Positions 53,101-62,100 of a DNA stretch of 64,000 bases are shown here, piece by piece. The position numbers and the translations under genes were made by a program. Location of the stretch: the IMG/VR virus record IMGVR_UViG_3300031787_009175, positions 30,784 to 94,783 of that record. One strand, written 5' to 3'. Below the pieces are notes generated by a model. That model worked only from the letters and a program-made list of their open reading frames with translations, ran no database searches and was not told the DNA's origin. This stretch comes from a virus. Positions within the stretch are counted from its first letter, which is position 1. Every line of letters begins with the position of its first letter.

Positions 53101-54573
53101 ATGTCGATAAATAATTCGTATTTTAGCAGGAATAACACAATACTTTCTAACGTATACACTAATACAGGTAGAAGCCCTATTACTCAACTTTATTTTGGCT
53201 CAACAACATCACAAAATCCTACGGTTGCGTATTCGAGATTCATATTCGATTTGGATTTGACCTTATTACAACAAAAATATTCCAATGGGACAATTACCTC
53301 AGGTTGTAATTCGACCGCAACTCACACATTGATGATGAGAAATACAGGTTCATTTGATATTGGATTACTTAACACATTAATACCATCTGAAAATAGACAA
53401 AGGGCAACATCATTTGATTTAGTTCTTTTTAGAATTCCTAAAACAACAACTGAAAACGGAATTCCCCAACTTTGGGATGAAGGAGTGGGATATGATTATA
53501 CAGATTTAATGTCTAACGTAGGAGATAAAAATTTCTCTCAAAGACCATCTAATTGGTATCAAACAACAACTTTATCTGGTTGGTCAACTAATGGAATTTA
53601 TGATAATACTAATTCGCAGTCAGGAAACGTTATACATTATTCAGCACTAACAATAATAGATGAACAGCATTTTGAGTTCGGAAATGAAGACATATCATTT
53701 GATATGACAAATGAGATAAATTCAATTTTGAATGGAAGTTTAACAGGTGTCACAGGTTGGGGTATCGCATACAAACCACAATTAGAATTAATAACAGGAT
53801 TAACTCAAGCATACACCGTTGGGTTTTTCACAAGGCACACCCAAACTTTTTACGAACCATATCTACTAACTGATTATAATGACTTGATAAGTGATGACAG
53901 AGATTTATTTGCTCTCAATAAAGTAAATAAATTATATCTTTACGTATATGATGATGGAAATCCAATAAATTTGGATTCTAATCCAACCGTGGCTATAACA
54001 AATAATAATGGTGATGTGATTCCATCATTATCAGCATTGACTACTTGTAGAAGAACCAAAGGTGTTTATGAGGTGACCGTACCGGCACTGTTAGGATATA
54101 AAACCCCTTGCACTTTTACTGATACTTGGAAGGGATTATATTTAAATGGGGTTCAAATACCAAATATAGAAAATGAATTTGTTATAAGACCCTTATCATC
54201 TTCTATTTCTATTGGAACATCAACTAATGAACCATCAGTATATGGATTCGATTATTATGGTATAAAACAAGATGAAAAGATATTAAATACAGATATTCGT
54301 AAAGTTGGTGTGATAATCAAAAAAGAATATACATCAAATCAACCTTTAAATAAAATAAAGGCTTATTATAGAGTTTATGTTAGGGAAGGTCAGACCGAAG
54401 TTCAAGTCCAAGATTGGACACAAGTTAATAAAACACCAAATGAATATTATTTTATATTTGACACAAGGGATAAAATTCCAAATGAATATTATATAGATTT
54501 GAAATTAGATATTAATGGTGAAGTCACCACTTACAAAAGACAAATCAAGTTTCAAATCGTTAATAAAAAATAA
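53101..54573 (+). CDS. Putative virion structural protein
   Basis: 490 aa, beta-rich; SRFIFDL, WDEGVG, FFTRHT..YEPYL. Confidence 0.6.
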   Translation: MSINNSYFSRNNTILSNVYTNTGRSPITQLYFGSTTSQNPTVAYSRFIFDLDLTLLQQKYSNGTITSGCNSTATHTLMMRNTGSFDIGLLNTLIPSENRQRATSFDLVLFRIPKTTTENGIPQLWDEGVGYDYTDLMSNVGDKNFSQRPSNWYQTTTLSGWSTNGIYDNTNSQSGNVIHYSALTIIDEQHFEFGNEDISFDMTNEINSILNGSLTGVTGWGIAYKPQLELITGLTQAYTVGFFTRHTQTFYEPYLLTDYNDLISDDRDLFALNKVNKLYLYVYDDGNPINLDSNPTVAITNNNGDVIPSLSALTTCRRTKGVYEVTVPALLGYKTPCTFTDTWKGLYLNGVQIPNIENEFVIRPLSSSISIGTSTNEPSVYGFDYYGIKQDEKILNTDIRKVGVIIKKEYTSNQPLNKIKAYYRVYVREGQTEVQVQDWTQVNKTPNEYYFIFDTRDKIPNEYYIDLKLDINGEVTTYKRQIKFQIVNKK

Positions 54574-54669
54574 TATCATATCTTACATTTGATATTTAGG
54601 AGTTGTTTTTCTAATACTTATAAGTAAAACAACGCACAAGTTATTTAAAAACTAAAAAAACTTAAAAAG

Positions 54670-54700
54670 AACCCCTCCAAAAGAGGGGTTTTTTATTTTT
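54670..54700 (+). terminator. Intrinsic terminator
   Basis: AACCCCTC-caaaa-GAGGGGTT plus TTTTATTTTT. Confidence 0.85.
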
Positions 54701-54705
54701 GTAAG

Positions 54706-54712
54706 TATTTAT
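54706..54712 (+). promoter_or_regulatory. Putative late promoter TATTTAT
   Basis: Immediately after the terminator, 17 nt before the ATG at 54730. Confidence 0.55.
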
Positions 54713-54729
54713 TGTAAAATTATTTTTTT

Positions 54730-55098
54730 ATGAAAAAAGTTATCAGATTAACCGAATCGGATTTGGTTAGAATTGTTAAAAAAGTAATAGAAGAATCCAC
54801 CAGTTCTTATAATAATTTATTAGGTAGGAACTTCAAAATTAATACTGACGGTACGATATCAATTGCGAACAATAATAACCAATTACAAAAAATTAGATTA
54901 TTCACTAAATTGGGTGATATGAATATCAAAAAAATTACACCTAACAGTAATGGTTACACAATCACAGGTGGTAAAATGTCTAAAGATGTTGGTTACGATA
55001 TAATTAAAAAAGTCCTAAAGTTTGTTGACACAGGCTCACCAAATGTGATTGAAAGTGGTAGTATTGTTGAGCCTGATTTAAGATTAAAAAAAGTATAA
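54730..55098 (+). CDS. Hypothetical protein with MKKVIRLTESDL leader
   Basis: 22-aa leader shared with the next gene; unrelated body. Confidence 0.75.
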   Translation: MKKVIRLTESDLVRIVKKVIEESTSSYNNLLGRNFKINTDGTISIANNNNQLQKIRLFTKLGDMNIKKITPNSNGYTITGGKMSKDVGYDIIKKVLKFVDTGSPNVIESGSIVEPDLRLKKV

Positions 55099-55100
55099 AT

Positions 55101-55589
55101 ATGAAAAAAGTTATTAGATTATCAGAAGCTGATATCACTAAATTAGTGAAAAGAGTTTTAGAAGAATCACACGAAAATTATTCAGATAGATATATGTTCT
55201 TTTCTAATTTAGAACAAATGAGAAGACAGTGTGATATGTTATTAGAGTTAGACCAAGATATGGTAACTCAAATATTGGACGATGGTCACGATTGGGCGCA
55301 GGACCATATCGCAGAAGCCAAAAACAATATGGACCAAGTATTTGATTTTATGATGAATCATATAAAAGGCGATGGTCAACAGGATATCGAAGACGCATCT
55401 TTTACAGGTATGATGGAAGAGGGTAGAAAAAAAACAGGTACTAAACTATGTGCAAGGGGTAAGGCAGCGGCTAAGGCAAAATTTAAGGTCTACCCCTCCG
55501 CATATTCGAACGGCTACGGAGTACAAGTTTGTAAAGGACGAATGCCAGGTTTAGACGGAAAGAAAAAATGTTCTCCGCCGTACTGTTAA
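55101..55589 (+). CDS. Hypothetical protein with MKKVIRLSE leader and C-terminal basic YPSAY domain
   Basis: CARGKAAAKAKFKVYPSAYSNGY. Confidence 0.75.
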   Translation: MKKVIRLSEADITKLVKRVLEESHENYSDRYMFFSNLEQMRRQCDMLLELDQDMVTQILDDGHDWAQDHIAEAKNNMDQVFDFMMNHIKGDGQQDIEDASFTGMMEEGRKKTGTKLCARGKAAAKAKFKVYPSAYSNGYGVQVCKGRMPGLDGKKKCSPPYC

Positions 55590-55605
55590 TGTCAGAAAAC
55601 TTTTA

Positions 55606-55613
55606 TATCTTTG
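55606..55613 (+). promoter_or_regulatory. Bacteroidota-type -7 element
   Basis: TATCTTTG 18 nt before the ATG at 55632; -33 element not clear. Confidence 0.45.
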
Positions 55614-55631
55614 TAACCACAAAACTTCAGT

Positions 55632-56051
55632 ATGACACTCTATCAATTAGTAAAAAGAAAAATTAAAAGAGTATTTCTTAAATATTACCTTTGGATACAC
55701 AGGAGACCCCTTGACGAGAAAATTGACGCAGCAATGAGTAGGTATCAACAAACTTGTTTTCATATTGCAAGAAAACTTCTCAAACAAAACGACACTGAGT
55801 TGATATTTGCGCCAGTATCGGAAAAGAAAATCATAATCAATGATAGGTTAGGAATTGTTGTGACTTTACAACATCAACAAGCCTTTGTGACAAACCACGT
55901 ATATCATTATTCTATATTAATGGAACCAAGAACTTGGGAAAGAGTTAATTATCTATTCGGTAACGAGATTGAGAAGCGCAGGAAATCTTACGAAACCGTG
56001 ATTCATTCTCAAATTAATTGTTCTTTAACTGACATTCTTAAGAAGATATAA
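55632..56051 (+). CDS. Hypothetical protein
   Basis: 139-aa ORF. Confidence 0.65.
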   Translation: MTLYQLVKRKIKRVFLKYYLWIHRRPLDEKIDAAMSRYQQTCFHIARKLLKQNDTELIFAPVSEKKIIINDRLGIVVTLQHQQAFVTNHVYHYSILMEPRTWERVNYLFGNEIEKRRKSYETVIHSQINCSLTDILKKI

Positions 56052-56982
56052 TTAGAACAATAACTAAAAACTCAATATTTCCATTTTCAAGTTTCTTAAC
56101 ATACTCAAATTTTCTTAACGGATTTTTTGCTTTTTGTATCGACATACTTTGAGCGGCGGATTGTGTGTTACCAACTGAACTGAAAACTTGATAATTACCA
56201 TCTTTACCCATTTTCAAATTCATACCACCTGGCACTGTAGAATATCCATTTTTGTCCAATAATGAAATAAGTTCTTTTTTTGAATATGTTTGCCCGTCTA
56301 CTTGCTCCACAAGTATTTTTTTGAACAGATTAATTAATTTATTTTCATTTGTTTTCTTTTTTGGTTTGTAGGATACCATTGTAGGTTTGTTACCAGTACC
56401 GATTTTTGGGTCTGATTTTTCAGCCTTTCTTTTTTGCTGACAAGCAGACTTTTTTTGAGCATCAGTCATTTTAGATGCAACACCTGCGGCACGACATTTA
56501 GGGTATCCTTTGGATGATGCCTCAGGTCTACCACAAGGAGGGTGACCGCCACCCTCTTTTTTACGACATATATTAACCCAAGGACCTTTAGGTTGTTTAG
56601 ACCCTTTTGGTTTTTTCTTGGTACCGAACCAAACGGCTAAGTCTTCCTTAATAGTTCTTATTATTTTATCAGTCATCTCTTTGATTGGTCCGTTATTTAA
56701 TACATCACCATCAGAATCACTTAGACTTGGATGTTTTTTATTATAATTGGATACTTTTCTCGCTAATGCTTCTTTTTTCTTAATTTCTCTTTTTGGTGTG
56801 CTCATTTTACCATCATAACTATCATATGATAGTTCTGCACTATCGTATTTGGAGTCAGATTTTATAAAGGGTTGTAAGTCTTGTTTTTTGAATTGTCTTA
56901 AACCAGGGCTTAATGGGACTTGATATTTTCCACCAACAATTGAGTCTGAAGTTGCCTCATTTATTTCATTCTTATTTGTCAT
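56038..56982 (-). CDS. Basic hypothetical protein with WF...WV...CGR...YPKC domain
   Basis: EDLAVWF, GPWVNIC, PPCGR, YPKCR; TATTTAT at 57006-57012 upstream. Confidence 0.7.
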   Translation of the reverse strand: MTNKNEINEATSDSIVGGKYQVPLSPGLRQFKKQDLQPFIKSDSKYDSAELSYDSYDGKMSTPKREIKKKEALARKVSNYNKKHPSLSDSDGDVLNNGPIKEMTDKIIRTIKEDLAVWFGTKKKPKGSKQPKGPWVNICRKKEGGGHPPCGRPEASSKGYPKCRAAGVASKMTDAQKKSACQQKRKAEKSDPKIGTGNKPTMVSYKPKKKTNENKLINLFKKILVEQVDGQTYSKKELISLLDKNGYSTVPGGMNLKMGKDGNYQVFSSVGNTQSAAQSMSIQKAKNPLRKFEYVKKLENGNIEFLVIVLIISS

Positions 56983-57031
56983 AAAAAAATATTTTTCGTA
57001 TTATTATAAATATCATCAAACATATAAAACA

Positions 57032-57223
57032 ATGAAAAATGAAAATTTAGATTGGACCACCGAAATCAGAAATGAGTTTTACAAAAATATTTTAGATAAT
57101 TATAATTTATTTGAAAGTATCGAGGACGGATATAATTGTTTCATACAAAATAAAACAAAAAATGATGGAAGAAAAAAATATACAGATTTTGACAAATCTT
57201 TTTGGGAAGTTAGAAATAACTGA
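57032..57223 (+). CDS. Hypothetical protein
   Basis: 63-aa ORF with A-rich leader; overlaps the next ORF. Confidence 0.4.
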   Translation: MKNENLDWTTEIRNEFYKNILDNYNLFESIEDGYNCFIQNKTKNDGRKKYTDFDKSFWEVRNN

Positions 57224-57389
57224 TAACACTCAGTTAGATACACTTTTGTGTTCTATGGATAATAATTTAGCAACAGTATTTTTAATACAGGCGGTTGAAT
57301 TTGCATATGAAAGAGGAGCATTCAATTTAGTTGAATCAGAGGTGGTATCTAAAAGTATTAGAATTTTAAATTCTAACCCCAATAAATAA
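57162..57389 (+). CDS. Hypothetical protein
   Basis: Probable ATG at 57162; ends just before a terminator. Confidence 0.6.
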   Translation: MMEEKNIQILTNLFGKLEITDNTQLDTLLCSMDNNLATVFLIQAVEFAYERGAFNLVESEVVSKSIRILNSNPNK

Positions 57390-57417
57390 AAAAAGGGACG
57401 ATTTCTCGTCCCTTTTC
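57388..57417. terminator. Bidirectional intrinsic terminator downstream of the capsid gene
   Basis: AAAAGGGACGA-tttc-TCGTCCCTTTT. Confidence 0.85.
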
Positions 57418-57437
57418 ATTATAACATTTCAAATTGA

Positions 57438-59249
57438 TTATCTCAATTCTCTCAAGTCGAATGTACGTACACCATCCACTGTGATACGTCCGTAGAAACG
57501 GTTGTTAACCATTTTCTTAGCGTAACGTGTCATAATACCTTTGATAGGTGTAAAGTTAAATGGATTGTACATTGTTGGAGTTAATTGTAGAGGTACATAC
57601 GGTGCGTAAATGTAACCTGTGTCAAGTAACGAAGTACCTTTGTGACCAATCAACACTGTGTTTGGTGGGAAGTAAGGGTCACGGTATACTTGATAACGAC
57701 CAGCTAATGTACCTACTCTTTCGATACCCATGTTGTATTGGTCTTGCTCAGGTGAAGCATTTGATACGTGGAAGTATTCCAAGTCATCAAAAATCGCAGA
57801 AACCTCAGAAGATACAACAATCCAGTTAGCACCACCACGAAGAGTTGACTTGTGAATTTGTGCAGAAATTTGGTTGATTGCGGTAATCAATGTTTGGTTC
57901 CAGTCTTTTTGAGTGTATGGAGTAGTTCCTGTTGAAGACAGACGTTTCCAACCATTGTAATCCCAACGTAAGTTCCAAGCCGCTCCTTTACGTAAGTCAC
58001 GTAGAATTTCACGGTCAATTTCTGCTGCAACTTGTTCTGACAACAACGCTGTCAATTCAGCCTCAGCATCGATATTGTGGAATGCTGCAACGTCTTGTGC
58101 GAGTTCAGGTGACCATTGTGCTCTTAGTTTTCTTTCAGAAACTGATACAGTAACTGATTCAAGGTCAAACGAAACTTCACCAATTTTATCTTCAAATTCA
58201 AGCTCTTCGTAACGTCTCCAAGCAGCAATGAATGCGGTATTCGCGGTGGTTGATGACGAGAATGTTGAGCCAGTGTATCCATCCAAAGATTCAGAACCAC
58301 AGTTAATACAAGATGGTACTTGTAAATCCACTTCCAAGTAAATAACACCATTTGCTGTGCAAATATCATCATAAGACCCTCCATTTCCTGTACTAGGCCA
58401 TTGTGTAGATGAGCTTCCACCATATTGTACTATACCTTTACCGTATTTTTGAGTTACAACTCTGAACAAATAAGGATTCAATACATTAGCAGATGTCGTT
58501 GTGTTTGTACTTACACCAAGAATTTTGAGGTCTGACAAGAATGTTTCTGAGTCAATTTCTTGACCATCAGGACCTATCAATTTACCAGCTCCTGAGTTAG
58601 AGAAACCTGACATTGCAACTAATACTTTTCTATAGTTAGCACTTGTATAAGCACTTACAACTAATTCTCCTGTTGTTGCACTCCAAGCAACTGTAGTAAC
58701 TGAACCTGTGATTGCAGACCAACGACCTTTTGAGTAGTCGAAAAGTCCTGGAGGGTCAAGACCCGCTTCAGCACCTTCATAAAATAAATCGTAAAGATTT
58801 TTAGCGTAGGCACCAGCTCCAGTGTATCCTGTGTTAGGGTCCCCTGGATAGTTACCTGGTGAACCAACAGGGGCATAATGTTCTCCTGATGATGAGGCGG
58901 AACCTCCATTATACCCTTGGATTTTAGGAACGAAATAGAATAATTTACCGATTGGTAAGTTCATAGCCTGAACCGATACGATTTCGTTAGCCAATAATTT
59001 AGAGAAAACACGTCTTACGATTGGAAATACAACCGTTTCGAATGCTCCGTTTGAAGATTCTGATGAAGCTTCGTTAATCAAATGTGACGCTTGGTTTTCA
59101 TACAACTGCGCAACATTTTCTTTTAGGTGACCACGTAGGCCTTCAAGGAACCCTAATCTGTCCCATTTGTTGATAGTATCTTCTTTGATAACTTTAAGGT
59201 GCTTAAGACCAATGTTACCAACAAGACCTGATTCTAATAATGCTCCCAT
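57438..59249 (-). CDS. Major capsid protein (T4 gp23-like)
   Basis: VSVQAMNLPIGKLFY, RKLRAQWSPELAQD, AEIDREI, GYIYAPYVPL, GIMTRYA. Confidence 0.95.
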   Translation of the reverse strand: MGALLESGLVGNIGLKHLKVIKEDTINKWDRLGFLEGLRGHLKENVAQLYENQASHLINEASSESSNGAFETVVFPIVRRVFSKLLANEIVSVQAMNLPIGKLFYFVPKIQGYNGGSASSSGEHYAPVGSPGNYPGDPNTGYTGAGAYAKNLYDLFYEGAEAGLDPPGLFDYSKGRWSAITGSVTTVAWSATTGELVVSAYTSANYRKVLVAMSGFSNSGAGKLIGPDGQEIDSETFLSDLKILGVSTNTTTSANVLNPYLFRVVTQKYGKGIVQYGGSSSTQWPSTGNGGSYDDICTANGVIYLEVDLQVPSCINCGSESLDGYTGSTFSSSTTANTAFIAAWRRYEELEFEDKIGEVSFDLESVTVSVSERKLRAQWSPELAQDVAAFHNIDAEAELTALLSEQVAAEIDREILRDLRKGAAWNLRWDYNGWKRLSSTGTTPYTQKDWNQTLITAINQISAQIHKSTLRGGANWIVVSSEVSAIFDDLEYFHVSNASPEQDQYNMGIERVGTLAGRYQVYRDPYFPPNTVLIGHKGTSLLDTGYIYAPYVPLQLTPTMYNPFNFTPIKGIMTRYAKKMVNNRFYGRITVDGVRTFDLRELR

Positions 59250-59275
59250 TTTTGGAATAATTTTTAAGTTTATGT

Positions 59276-60925
59276 TTATTTTATAATCTTACTCATGATA
59301 TCTTTCATTCTTAAGAATTGAGGATTCTCATAAGTTTTAGATTCGATTAATGTCGATGCTGAACCAGATGAAGGAGATTTTTCAATCTTTCTTTCAATAG
59401 ATTCAGTTATCGACGATTTGTTTGTATTTGTTAATTCACTTTTGATTGTACGATAAAGATTTTTCGATTCTTTAAGGGATTCTACACCATCAAATCTTCT
59501 CAAGATGTTAATTTTTTCTTGTTTAGATGTTGAGTGTTCAGTAAACAATCTTGTTGCGTAAGCTAAATTCGAATTGAATACAGCAACTTCATTAAGTTTG
59601 TCTCTGAAAACATTTAGTGCTTTACGATACTCTTCGTTTTTCTCACGAAGGACTTGAATTTGTTGAATATCTCTATTGTAACTTTCCTTTCTTAGGTGAG
59701 TAGGAGCCGCTTTAGGTTTATTCAAACTATTTCTACCCCATCTCTTACCATTTCCTAGTGTACGTGCAGCCTCTTTGGTTTCTTCTTTCGACATTCCAGA
59801 ATGGAACGTAGCTAACGGTTTTCCTCCTTTACTTATAGTTTTTGGATTTTCCATCTTTTCTTGTTTCATACCTTCTTTGAATTCGAATTTTGGTCCTTTA
59901 CCAATACCTACACCTCTTGTTCCTTGTTTTTTGTCTTCTTTGAACCCTCCTGATGTTTTCTTGTATGAAAATTTTGGTTTACCAATTTTTGCTCCTTTAC
60001 CTATTTTAGGTTTCATAGCTTCATTTTGTAAATACTCAGAATCCATTTCGTATAAATCGCTTTCATCAGAATCCATTTCGTATAAATCGCTTTCATCAGA
60101 ATCCATTTCGTATAAATCTGAATCCTCAATTTCATCCAAATCGACTTCATAAATTGTTTCATCTGAAGTATCGTCGAATAATTCTGTATCTGAATCATCA
60201 ACTTCGAGTTCATATACGACTTCTTCATCGGATTTATCGTTGAATTCATTTGAATCATTCTTTGAAAATATATCATCAATGATTGATTTTAATTCTTCGT
60301 CATCCGAAGAATCTGATTCTCCTATTGAATATTCATCGTCTACGTCGAATGATTCACCAAACTCATCATACTCATTGTATTCATCATACATTTCGTATGT
60401 TTCCATATATTTGTCATCTTCTGACTCCATTCTAATCATATATTCTTGGTCTGCTTCCTCGTCGGAAAGGTTTATGATGTTGTCATCCTTTTTTACAATG
60501 ATTCCGTCTTCTGGTCCTAATGCTTTGAAAACTGTTAATAAATCTTCATCACTGATATCATCATTTCCTGAAAAGTCGATTACATCTTCTTCATCATCAG
60601 GCATGTCCATCATTTCAAAATCTTCATCGTCATCTTCATCATCAGGCATGTCCATCATTTCAGAGTCCTCATCGTCCTCATCATCAGGCATGTCCATCAT
60701 TTCAGAATCATCATCTCCCTCGTCATCAGGAATATCTGATAATTCAGGGTCATCTTCAATCTCCTCGTCATCAGGTTGTTCAGATACGATAGATTCTTTT
60801 ACCAATTCTTTGATTTCTTGTTTCATAGTAGAAGCAAGTATTCCTTTTGCATTTTCGGCTACGGCCTCTTCCAAATTTCTCATTTGGATAAGAGCGTCTT
60901 CAACCAAGTTTTTTTCTTTTGACAT
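59276..60925 (-). CDS. Prohead core/scaffolding protein (gp22-like position)
   Basis: Very acidic, repeat-rich, C-terminal coiled coil; lies between protease and capsid genes; TATTTAT at 60948-60954. Confidence 0.75.
   Translation of the reverse strand: MSKEKNLVEDALIQMRNLEEAVAENAKGILASTMKQEIKELVKESIVSEQPDDEEIEDDPELSDIPDDEGDDDSEMMDMPDDEDDEDSEMMDMPDDEDDDEDFEMMDMPDDEEDVIDFSGNDDISDEDLLTVFKALGPEDGIIVKKDDNIINLSDEEADQEYMIRMESEDDKYMETYEMYDEYNEYDEFGESFDVDDEYSIGESDSSDDEELKSIIDDIFSKNDSNEFNDKSDEEVVYELEVDDSDTELFDDTSDETIYEVDLDEIEDSDLYEMDSDESDLYEMDSDESDLYEMDSEYLQNEAMKPKIGKGAKIGKPKFSYKKTSGGFKEDKKQGTRGVGIGKGPKFEFKEGMKQEKMENPKTISKGGKPLATFHSGMSKEETKEAARTLGNGKRWGRNSLNKPKAAPTHLRKESYNRDIQQIQVLREKNEEYRKALNVFRDKLNEVAVFNSNLAYATRLFTEHSTSKQEKINILRRFDGVESLKESKNLYRTIKSELTNTNKSSITESIERKIEKSPSSGSASTLIESKTYENPQFLRMKDIMSKIIK
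60036..60118 (-). repeat. 30-bp coding tandem repeat (SDLYEMDSDE, about 3 copies)
   Basis: TCAGAATCCATTTCGTATAAATC at 60036, 60066 and 60096. Confidence 0.9.
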
Positions 60926-61012
60926 ATTTTTATGTATATTTTTTCATATAAATATATACACATTTGAAAAAAATTCAGTTTTTGGTATTTTGTGACATTT
61001 ATTTTATAAAAT

Positions 61013-61043
61013 AAAAAAAGGGAAACCTTTTGAGTTTCCCTTC
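61013..61043 (-). terminator. Intrinsic terminator
   Basis: AAGGGAAAC-tcaaaag-GTTTCCCTT plus T tract on the minus strand. Confidence 0.8.
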
Positions 61044-61070
61044 ACAATACAAAATTTTCAGTAACTGATA

Positions 61071-61286
61071 TTACAAAACTTCGATTACTTCGTCAATTTT
61101 ACTTTCTGCAATTGATGTGATTCGCCAATCCCAAGTTAGGTCACTATACCTTTTTGTAATCTTAGCTTCAACATCTGTTGGATTGTAAGCCTTAACAAGT
61201 TTTTCCTCTTTAACTTTTTTTACTTTACCAGTTTCTTCATCAGGGAATTCGTAGTAGAGTTTTGCAATGAAATATTTTTCGTCCAT
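61071..61286 (-). CDS. Small protein, DUF4494-like
   Basis: TGKVKKVKEEKLVKA...VEAKI...ITSIAESKIDEV. Confidence 0.6.
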   Translation of the reverse strand: MDEKYFIAKLYYEFPDEETGKVKKVKEEKLVKAYNPTDVEAKITKRYSDLTWDWRITSIAESKIDEVIEVL

Positions 61287-61335
61287 AATTTTATTTTTTA
61301 TAAAATATCATCATAATATTTTATAAAATCAAGGA

Positions 61336-62064
61336 TTACTTATTTAGGTATGTATTTAATCGATTCATCAAATCTAAAGATTTGTTTGCTTCAGGTCCTA
61401 CGTGACGTTCCCTTTGAGTTTGTTTTTCTTCTTCTAAATTTTCTTCGAATTTATTCCTGTCTTCAGGATTAGAAAAAAGATAAGCACCAGGGGTTGATGG
61501 AGATGACACTAAGTCAAAACAAATTAATTCAAAATCATCTTGAACCTCGTTTTGTTCACCAACTTTTTTTAGTGAACCTACACCTCTTGATGATATACCT
61601 AATGTCACACCCTGTCTTAAGTAGTTTGCCGCTAAATCTCCTTTAGTTGAACAGATACCTCTTTCATGGAATCCTGGTGACGTTAACAATCTTAACTTAC
61701 CCATTAATATTATTCCATCCCACCAAATATCTGTTATAATGTGAGCAACTCTATCTAAGTCGATAAGGGATGATTCAGGGTGATTAAGTTCTGAAAGTGA
61801 AACACCCTTATTAATCATTTTTTTATAATTTTCCGCTTCTCTTTTTAATATTTTCTCAGGGTAAATCCTACCATTACGATTTGGTGTGTTATATTTTTGT
61901 AAAACCGCATAAAACTCAAAAGGTTTACTGTGGTCCATAAAACTTTTGGATTCCATCAAAATATTTTGATTTCCGAATTCCTTTGGTGATACATATCCTG
62001 CGTCATACTCAATAAGAATTCCTTTCCCTGATTCATAGGGTTTCAATATTTTAAGTTCGTTCAT
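61336..62064 (-). CDS. Prohead protease (T4 gp21-like)
   Basis: NRNGRIYP, ELNHP, LGISSRGVGS, FDLVSSPSTPGA; start moved to 62064, downstream of TATTTAT at 62079-62085. Confidence 0.93.
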   Translation of the reverse strand: MNELKILKPYESGKGILIEYDAGYVSPKEFGNQNILMESKSFMDHSKPFEFYAVLQKYNTPNRNGRIYPEKILKREAENYKKMINKGVSLSELNHPESSLIDLDRVAHIITDIWWDGIILMGKLRLLTSPGFHERGICSTKGDLAANYLRQGVTLGISSRGVGSLKKVGEQNEVQDDFELICFDLVSSPSTPGAYLFSNPEDRNKFEENLEEEKQTQRERHVGPEANKSLDLMNRLNTYLNK

Positions 62065-62100
62065 ATCGATATTTTTATATAAATACCTCAAACTTTATAT

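Noticed and set aside
60036-60118. Mini-CRISPR from the 23-bp direct repeats
   Set aside because: The 7-bp intervening segments are identical and the 30-bp unit is in frame within the scaffold gene
59775-60995. Ser-rich plus-strand ORFs (125 aa and 251 aa)
   Set aside because: Antisense shadows of the Asp/Glu-rich scaffold gene
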